From assembly GCA_965644315.1 (NCBI GenBank), contig CBFFRQ010000030.1, positions 1-64,000 on the forward strand: a stretch of 64,000 nt of DNA, written 5' to 3'. The translations under genes and the position numbers were made by a program. Positions 57,196-64,000 of this stretch are shown one piece after another. Every line of letters starts with the position of its first letter. Position 1 is the first letter of the stretch. Under the pieces are notes generated by a model. It was not told the origin of the DNA. It searched no databases and saw nothing but the letters and a program-made list of their open reading frames with translations. The stretch is from Caecitellus pseudoparvulus. Its lineage: Eukaryota; Protista; Bigyra: Bicosoecida.

Positions 57196-60100
57196 ATGAC
57201 ACAAGTGGAAGGCACTGAGGACCCGACGGGAAAAGGCGCCGCTGCGGTGCGGGGTGTGTCAGGTGACAAGCAACTCCCCGACCCGGTGTTGTGGGTGTCC
57301 CAGGCAGTGGATGCAAGCGCCCATGCAGCGCTTGCGCCGCCCACCTTGCCTTCGTTGCCGTCTTCGTCCCAAGGGCAGCTTCCAAGTTTCCACAGCTCCA
57401 CCCATCACGAGCACGGCGCTTTGCAAGGATCGCGCGCAATCGACGAAACGCAGGCGCAACGCCAAGCCCAGACCCACCAGCATTCCCTTGGCTCCTTGCA
57501 GCCGCACGACGCCTCCCATGCGCCCTCCCACTCGCTACACACTACGTTAGATGCACACCCGGACCAGGCTTCGTTTTCCACCCCAATGGCCGTGAGCAGC
57601 GAAAAGCCGACCATGCAGGGCGCAGCGGCGCCAGCTTTCACCGGGATCGGGACAGAGTTCATGGCAGAGGCCAGGCACATGCCACACATTGTCCCGTCAC
57701 TGGTCCAGACGTCTGCCCAGGCCGCCAAGTCCTCCCGCAAGCGGCAAAAGGCCGACAGGCCCAAGCAGACCACCACAGCCAAGCGCAAGGCAAGCGCGCA
57801 GGCAGGCACCCTCCTCCCCTTCATGCACAGCGCAGCCCCCGAGGCAGCCGAGGCGGCCCCTGATGATCTCTTTGCCGCTGACTGGGAACAGAGCTCGCCT
57901 GTGCCCGCTGTGCACTTCACTGACTTCGCGGCTGCCAAGTGGGCCCAGCTGCTCAGCGGACACGGCGTGTTGGCGAATGGCCAGGGGGTCCTGCAGCCCA
58001 ACTCTGAGCCACTGCGGGAGGGCTGGACCATTGTGCTGCCGCCTAGCACTGTCTCCTCTGGCGCTTCCCCCTACGATGCGCGTGTGCCGCTCATGCCCCA
58101 CGTGGACTTTGTGCAGTGCCTGCAGGCGGCCACGCAGGTGGGCGTGCGCGTCACGGGTGCAGTGTGCACGCCCCAGGGAGTGCCGGGGATAGCACTACGC
58201 GTCGTGCAGCGCCACCCCGCGCCGCCCCTCCTGTGCTGGCTCGACACTGGCGTCTGGCAGCTGGATCACGCAGCAGCCGCATCCACCTGTGGCGGCAGCG
58301 TGCCTGGCGACCTCACTGCTTGGCACGAGAGCTGGGCACTGGTGGCGTGGGTGCTACGGCACTTGCAGGATGTGCCTGTCGTGGTGGAGGGCCTCAAGCC
58401 GCTGTTGTACCCCCTCATGCAGGCCACACATGGCCTGGGGTGGCCTGCCCTAAAGCAAAGCGCTGACGGCCAGTCCTGGCACTGGTCTGCCCCCCTCCTC
58501 CCGAACTTCGCACCCCCCCACCCGGCCCTGGGCCCAGGCGTCATGGACATCAGCACAGCTGCCTGGATGCTACATGGCGACGCAGCAGTGGACACAGCAG
58601 CCTTTGCCCTGCCCACAGTCCTCGCCACAATGTGCCCCGCTAGTCCCCTGCTGCAAGGCCGCCCTGCCACTGCCCCCGGCACGCCGCCTGCTGGCTCCAT
58701 GCACGAGCACCTGCTGGCGTTGTGCACGGTGCAGCCTGTGGTTCGCGGCAGGCTGCAGGCGCGTGGGCTGCTGGCCCCCTACTGCGCCATGGTGCAGCCG
58801 CTCACGCCTGTGCTGGCCAGCATGGAGCTGCGAGGACTGCCTTTCGACCCCTCCGTCTGTGCTGAAGCCAAGCGAGTGCTGACAGAGCGCCTGGCAGACA
58901 TCGAGGTCCGGGCGCACGCCGCTGCGGGGCAGGAGTTCCTCGTCACCTCCTCGAAGGAGTGTGCTCGGGTGCTGTATGAGGACCTGCGCCTGACTGCGAC
59001 AGAGGGCAAGCGGTGGAACCCCGCCCAGCCCAAGAAACAACACAAGAGCACCGCTGAGAACATGCTGACGCAGCTGGCCCAGCAGCACCCGCTGCCAGTG
59101 TACCTCCTGGCCCACCGCAAGCTGTCCAAACTCCTCACAGGCTTCGTCACGCCCCTGCTGGGGCACGGCGTTGTGGTGGATGCAGAGCGCCACGCTCGAG
59201 CCCTGCAGGCAGCTCGAGCGATGTGGGCAGCGGCGTACCCCTCCAGTAGCGAGGCACCTGTCTGGGCTCCAGCACTGTACCCAGACGGGCAGCGTGTGTT
59301 CTCACAGCTGCACCAGACTTCCACCGCCACAGGCCGCCTCAGCAGCAGCGACCCCAACCTTCAGAACCTGCCCAAGCGGCCCCTCGTGAACGCTGCCAGT
59401 GCGTCGCCTGCAGCACCTGCGCCGGCAGCTCAGGCTGGGGAGGAGGAGGGAGGGCACTTGGCACTGCTGGAGCCTCTGCTGGCCGGTGCGACGGTGCGCA
59501 TCCGCAGCGCCTTCCGTGCCCCAGGCCCCGACTCCGTGCTGCTCGCAGTGGACTACAGTCAGATCGAGATGCGGGTGGTGGCACACTGTTCCGGGGACCC
59601 GGCGCTCATTGCCGTGTTCCAGTCCGCTGCTGCGGGTGCCGGGGTGGGGGGTGCCGCTGCAGACGTGTACAAGTGCCTCGCCAGCCGGGTGTTCAAGGTG
59701 GACGTGCACAGTGTCACCGCCGCTCAGCGGAGTCAGGCCAAGACCATCGCGCTTGGGATGGTGTACGGCCTGGGACGGGAGGAACTCGCACGCAAGCTGG
59801 GCGTGTCCAAGGAACGCGGCGCCACCATCCAGTCAGCCTTCATGGCGACATACCCAAAGGTGCGATCTTTCATCGCAGCTGCCCGTGCCTTCGCCAAGAA
59901 ACACGGCTACGTCCTCACCATCACCGGCAGGCGCCGCTACCTGCCTGACATCGCCAGCCCCGTGCCCGGGCGACGCACCTACGCTGAGCGGCAAGCTGTG
60001 AACTCCATCATCCAGGGCAGTGCTGCAGACCTCATCAGCCTCGCCATGGTGCGCCTGCACCGGGCCATGGCGGATGCCACGGCGCGTGTCGCGGCGGCTG

Positions 60101-60483
60101 CAGCTGGGTCCGCGCCGCCTGCTAGTTTGGAGGACCTGGCTGTCAGCCGGGCCTCCGTGCTGCTGCAGATCCACGACGAGCTGCTGTGCGCCTGTCCCAA
60201 GAACATCCAGCAGTGCCGCGCCTTCGTCGCCTTCCTCCGGCGCGTCATGACACAGGACGTGCTGGCGGACCTGACGCCGCTCATGGCCGGGGCCCTGGCC
60301 CACCACAAGGACGCCAGCTCAGCACCTGGGCACGACGCTGCGGGTATGTGGGGAGTGGCCACCATTCTTGGCACGTCCCCGCACTTTGCAGTGCCGCTGC
60401 GGACGTCCGCGCAGGTGGGCAAGAACTGGGGCTCCATGTTGGAGCTGGCTCCGGCTGAATCTGCGCCACAGTCCACCCCATGA
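57196..60483 (+). CDS. Family A DNA polymerase, Pol nu/Pol theta polymerase-domain-like, no helicase; start codon uncertain
   Basis: Motifs TATGRLSSSDPNLQNLP, A (DYSQIEMRV), B (RSQAKTIALGMVYG), AERQAVNSIIQGSAAD and C (QIHDEL). No clear 3'-5' exonuclease catalytic motifs. Confidence 0.9.
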   Translation: MTQVEGTEDPTGKGAAAVRGVSGDKQLPDPVLWVSQAVDASAHAALAPPTLPSLPSSSQGQLPSFHSSTHHEHGALQGSRAIDETQAQRQAQTHQHSLGSLQPHDASHAPSHSLHTTLDAHPDQASFSTPMAVSSEKPTMQGAAAPAFTGIGTEFMAEARHMPHIVPSLVQTSAQAAKSSRKRQKADRPKQTTTAKRKASAQAGTLLPFMHSAAPEAAEAAPDDLFAADWEQSSPVPAVHFTDFAAAKWAQLLSGHGVLANGQGVLQPNSEPLREGWTIVLPPSTVSSGASPYDARVPLMPHVDFVQCLQAATQVGVRVTGAVCTPQGVPGIALRVVQRHPAPPLLCWLDTGVWQLDHAAAASTCGGSVPGDLTAWHESWALVAWVLRHLQDVPVVVEGLKPLLYPLMQATHGLGWPALKQSADGQSWHWSAPLLPNFAPPHPALGPGVMDISTAAWMLHGDAAVDTAAFALPTVLATMCPASPLLQGRPATAPGTPPAGSMHEHLLALCTVQPVVRGRLQARGLLAPYCAMVQPLTPVLASMELRGLPFDPSVCAEAKRVLTERLADIEVRAHAAAGQEFLVTSSKECARVLYEDLRLTATEGKRWNPAQPKKQHKSTAENMLTQLAQQHPLPVYLLAHRKLSKLLTGFVTPLLGHGVVVDAERHARALQAARAMWAAAYPSSSEAPVWAPALYPDGQRVFSQLHQTSTATGRLSSSDPNLQNLPKRPLVNAASASPAAPAPAAQAGEEEGGHLALLEPLLAGATVRIRSAFRAPGPDSVLLAVDYSQIEMRVVAHCSGDPALIAVFQSAAAGAGVGGAAADVYKCLASRVFKVDVHSVTAAQRSQAKTIALGMVYGLGREELARKLGVSKERGATIQSAFMATYPKVRSFIAAARAFAKKHGYVLTITGRRRYLPDIASPVPGRRTYAERQAVNSIIQGSAADLISLAMVRLHRAMADATARVAAAAAGSAPPASLEDLAVSRASVLLQIHDELLCACPKNIQQCRAFVAFLRRVMTQDVLADLTPLMAGALAHHKDASSAPGHDAAGMWGVATILGTSPHFAVPLRTSAQVGKNWGSMLELAPAESAPQSTP

Positions 60484-60653
60484 AGCCAAACAGAGGCCAA
60501 CAGGAGCTACTGCAAGCCACAAAAACCATTGACAAAGCGGCTGGTCAACTATTCGTTCCATCTTCTGCACCCAAGGTGCCCAGCCCCAGAGTTTGGATCT
60601 CGCAGAGTATGGGCAGCGCGTGGAGTTTCAGCAACGAAACGCCACGCGACAAT

Positions 60654-61187
60654 ATGGCCGGCAGTGCGCCTGGCGCCGATGATGCCAGCGTGAGTGATCA
60701 CTGCACATTGTATGCTAGGGCTGCCGAGCCATTGCAGTGACTTACTCCGCAGGCCTCCCAGTCTGCACCGGCACCCCAGGCGAGCCAGGAGTCCTCGCAG
60801 CTCAACCCACCACGCCAAAGTGCCGCTGGAAGGGCCTTGAGCGCCCAGCCGTCAGAGGAAGTGAATGAGGAGGAGCTGTATGAGTTGTTCGTGACGATGG
60901 CAGCCGAGGGAAACCCCCACCTTCCCCCTGCAACGTCCGAGGCCATGAAGAAGGCCAGGCAAGCCCTGTCTGCTGAGAGTCGCGGGCTGCCGATGGGGTT
61001 CTCGGGAGGATTCCCCATTTACGGCTCGCCCTCTCCCGGGTTCATGGCCAAGCGGGAGGCTGCGGGGATTCCACGGGAGGGCGAGTGGGTTGCGTTCTGC
61101 CGTTGGGCCGCGGCGAACCGCGACACCGCTGCTGCCGCCTCCTCGCCTGAAGGCGCGCCCACACAGCCAGCGAGCACTGGATCATGA
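60654..61187 (+). CDS. Small hypothetical protein, 2 exons (60654-60689, 60753-61187); alternative start 60609
   Basis: The intron GTGAGT...CCGCAG joins the short upstream ORF in frame to ORF 60837-61187. Confidence 0.55.
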
Positions 61188-61346
61188 AGCACCCACGACC
61201 GTAACTTTTCATCCTGAAGGCCATCGATGCTGCCTCTAGCTCAGCAGAGTCGCCCCTTTGCGCCTTTGCGGTGCATTGGCACGTGGCCTGCCCCTCATTC
61301 AGCCGACCGCAGCTGCACTTTGCACAGTGCACTGCCCCTCACACAG

Positions 61347-63468
61347 CAGGGGTTGTCAGGGTGTCCGGGAAGCTATTTCCGCACCTTTTTTGCTAAGATG
61401 CCGGACACCCCAACCGTAGGGGGGTTGCCCCCCCTGTGGACCCCCCCCCCTTCCCCTCATCGCCCGTGTGCAGGGCGCTGAGAGACGCTCATCCTCCTCC
61501 TCCTCCATCTGCCTGCCAGCCCTGGTTCCCAAGCAGGTTCAAGTGCCACTTTGCCATCAATGCACCAAATCACATCAATGATTTGGTTTTAGGGGCTTGA
61601 TATATACGCCTCTAGGTTCCTGTGCAAGACCAGATTCGTGTGCAACGGAGGTGCAGTGATTGGGAGTTTCGGTCACGTTTCACTGCTGTCCCTGCATCAT
61701 CATGGCAGAGGGCGTGCAGCAGAGCAGTGCGCCTCACTGACATTGGTGAGAGACTTCAGTGTGCCCCGAATCCTGGGAGAGGAGACATGCCTTCTCTACA
61801 GCGCGCTCAAGCCACCGTCGCTGCGCTGTGCCTCCAGGCTGCGGATCAGGGCTGGATGAGGCTCAAGGAGTGGAGCGTAGTCATCGCCGCCAGGTGGAAC
61901 CTCATGGGCCTGCTACGTCCTCTGCCAGACGCTGGTCATCGGTTGGCACACTTCAACAAGTCAATCCCCAAGTACTGCACGCACGCAGAGCCTGGAGAGC
62001 TCCCCGAGTCTGCTGTAGTCCGTGGTTTGGTCATGATCCTTTGCAGAGGGCAGATTAACGGTGAAACAGAGCTGCTGCACCTGTTGGACAGCAACGCAGG
62101 GACTGCTTTCCAATTCGAGGATGAGTGGCGTGACTTTATTGCGTTCTGTGGGAGTCAACGACAGCTTGCTCGCATTGAGTTCGGCAGCGACGGCAAACAG
62201 CAAGCCGCACCCTGCAAGGATCTGGAGGCATGGTGGAGAGGGAGACAGCTGTTTGGCCCCTCCATTCTCGTGTAGCTCAGGCAGTGTTCTCAACACCGGT
62301 CACAAGTGCAGGCGCTGCGCCCTTCTTCTCCGTGTTGACCGACTGGTGTGCCAGTGGTAAGAGGACCAGGGCACACACAACTGCTTGGCAGCCAACTCCT
62401 GCTGCTTTCCAATCAGCAGTTTGTTGCTCGGCGCATCAAGGACTGGCTGAACCCACGCTTCAAAGTGTGCAACTCTTCAGTCGACCCTGGGCGTCAGGAG
62501 CAGGGCCAGACACTCGTCAAGAGGCAGGATGGGCTAACTGTGAAGCTTGTTTTCTCTCGAGTTGCTCCTGCTGCACGTGCATGATCACTTGTTGGGGCTT
62601 CAGCTGCTCCTTTGCGCCGGGCTGTTGGTGTCAAGAAAAGGGTACGAGCGGGAAGAGCGCCTCCCAGCGGTCCGAAGTAGGCGCCGAGGTTCGCTGGAGG
62701 GAAGCAGGGGCCGCTTCTTGACGTGTGGGGAAGCTGATCGGGTCTTGAAGTGAGCTTTCCAATGCAGAGGCAACTTTGAGGCACTGTTCTTGACGGGCTT
62801 TCTTTCGGGCCCAAGTCACTGCCTGCGGAGACAAGCTTCAAGGATGGACCGGGCGGGCGGATGCCTGGCGTCCATGAAGGCGCCCCTCCTGCGTGATACT
62901 ACTTCCCTTTTGCGCGATTTGGGCAGTAATTCACCGCAAAGGGTGTCTGCATCCTATTTTCACCCCTCGTCGCTTTCGCTCCTTGTACAGGATTGTCTAC
63001 GCAAAGATCTGGGCATCCAGGCAAGCGACACCACACAGACCACAGATCACCACGCCAACCGAAACAGTGCCGTACAAGCAGTATCGCACACATTTTGCAC
63101 TATTTGGGGCTTGGTACCGTGTTGAGTAGGACAAGATTGCCTGCCCAGATGCAAAGCGGCAGGAATATCTGTACAAATAATCAAATGTGACCACAAAGTT
63201 GGTTGCGTGCTCTGCTAAGGATCCGAGATCTTACTTGAAGTGCATTACGAGGCGCAAAGATTCACAGAGGAGACACAAAAAGATACATTCTACCCATGAA
63301 GCGATGCTATGGAGTACAGGGTATCGTTTATTGAGGTCTTTGAGGGGGGGGTACAAGAACTGGCCTTCGGCCAGTTCCCGGACACCCGGGTGTCCGGCTG
63401 GAAGGGCCGAAGGCCCCCTTCAGCCGGACGCTCGGGGGGTGCGGAGCCGGACACCCTGACGATCCCTG
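61347..63468 (+). mobile_element. Internally deleted hAT-superfamily DNA transposon (2122 bp)
   Basis: 22-bp TIRs CAGGGGTTGTCAGGGTGTCCGG (61347-61368) and CCGGACACCCTGACGATCCCTG (63447-63468) match 20/22. The 8-bp TSD TCACACAG is at 61339-61346 and 63469-63476. CCGGACACC repeats occur subterminally. Confidence 0.92.
61622..62450 (+). pseudogene. hAT transposase C-terminal remnant including the dimerisation domain
   Basis: DLEAWWR.. / WPLHSRVAQAVFSTPVTSAGAAPFFS..KRTR / LLLLSN across frames resembles the hATC pattern WW..P.L..A..L..P.TSA..ER.FS..R..L..N. Confidence 0.7.
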
Positions 63469-63626
63469 TCACACAGCAAATGTCCCCTCCTTCAATCCAA
63501 TGTTGCAGCCCTGCCGAGCCCTGGCCCTCGCTTCTACTCAGCGCAGCAGCATCCACACACAGCGCCGCAAGCTACGCCAGCGTTTCACTGAAGACGCTTG
63601 CTGTGCCCACTGCGCCTCCCTCCAGC

Positions 63627-64000
63627 ATGGCCAGCACTGTCGACCACCCCCTGGCAGACAAATGGACCCTGTGGTACAAGCGCAAGCAAGGACACGGTGG
63701 AGCTCAGCCTGTGCGTGCCGCTCTGGCTGGCTTTCGCGCGTGAAACACCCGCGCAACTCCGAACCCCCCCTCGCCCCGCAGGCGCCTGGACGCTGGGCGG
63801 ACTCCCTGAAGCAGCTGCAGGACTTTGACACGGTGAGTGTTTTCAAAGCCCCTGACGCACCTCCGCTCCTCCCACGCCGAGCCCTGTTCACCCTGCAGGT
63901 TGGAGGCTTCTGGGACGCCTACTGCCACATCGTGCGCGCTGACAAGCTGCCGGCCCGCACGAGCGTGCACCTGTTTAAGGCAGGCGTGCAGCCCCTGTGG
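63627..64000 (+). CDS. eIF4E: eIF4E-family cap-binding protein, 5' part (exons 63627-63710, 63782-63832, 63899->64000)
   Basis: Spliced product HPLADKWTLWY...RWADSLKQLQDFDTVGGFWDAYCHI...HLFKAGVQPLW is the eIF4E core pattern. Introns are GT-AG. Confidence 0.9.

Noticed and set aside
47529-60570. Long antisense and alternate-frame ORFs (e.g. 50347-52584, 48950-50722, 55999-57204)
   Set aside because: These are shadow ORFs of high-GC coding sequence; the sense frames carry the real domains.
1-64000. CRISPR arrays, rRNA or tRNA genes
   Set aside because: No repeat-spacer structure or recognisable rRNA/tRNA sequence was seen by eye.

Overview
This window is a eukaryotic chromosome end from a GC-rich, intron-containing, probably unicellular eukaryote; the host cannot be identified from sequence alone. 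Positions 1-5356 are perfect (CCCTAA)n telomere. Positions 5357-23808 hold a head-to-tail array of telomere-associated non-LTR retroelements whose 5' ends face the telomere. The array has one short ORF1-only element (A) and two near-identical ~7.75 kb elements (B1, B2). B encodes a long N-terminal region with a putative Cys-His-Asn papain/Josephin-like protease, then an APE endonuclease, RT and a CCHC finger. The elements have no poly(A) tail. They end in a conserved structured 3' RNA, the palindrome CAATGCATTG and CTAA(CCCTAA) telomeric bases. Positions 23809-29428 are a subtelomeric scrapyard: ATE1 and DEAD-box pseudogene fragments plus two relic retroelement 3' ends, one possibly RLE-type. 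Positions 29489-41600 hold a large HEPN-motif ORF and a decayed giant MULE-type transposase gene with RecQ-like, SWIM and Tudor domains. From 42573 onward are ordinary host genes (ATE1, Elongin B, an ankyrin-RBR E3 ligase, a Pol nu-like family A polymerase, eIF4E) and a deleted hAT transposon with TIRs and an 8-bp TSD. All domain calls come from motif recognition by eye; no searches were run.
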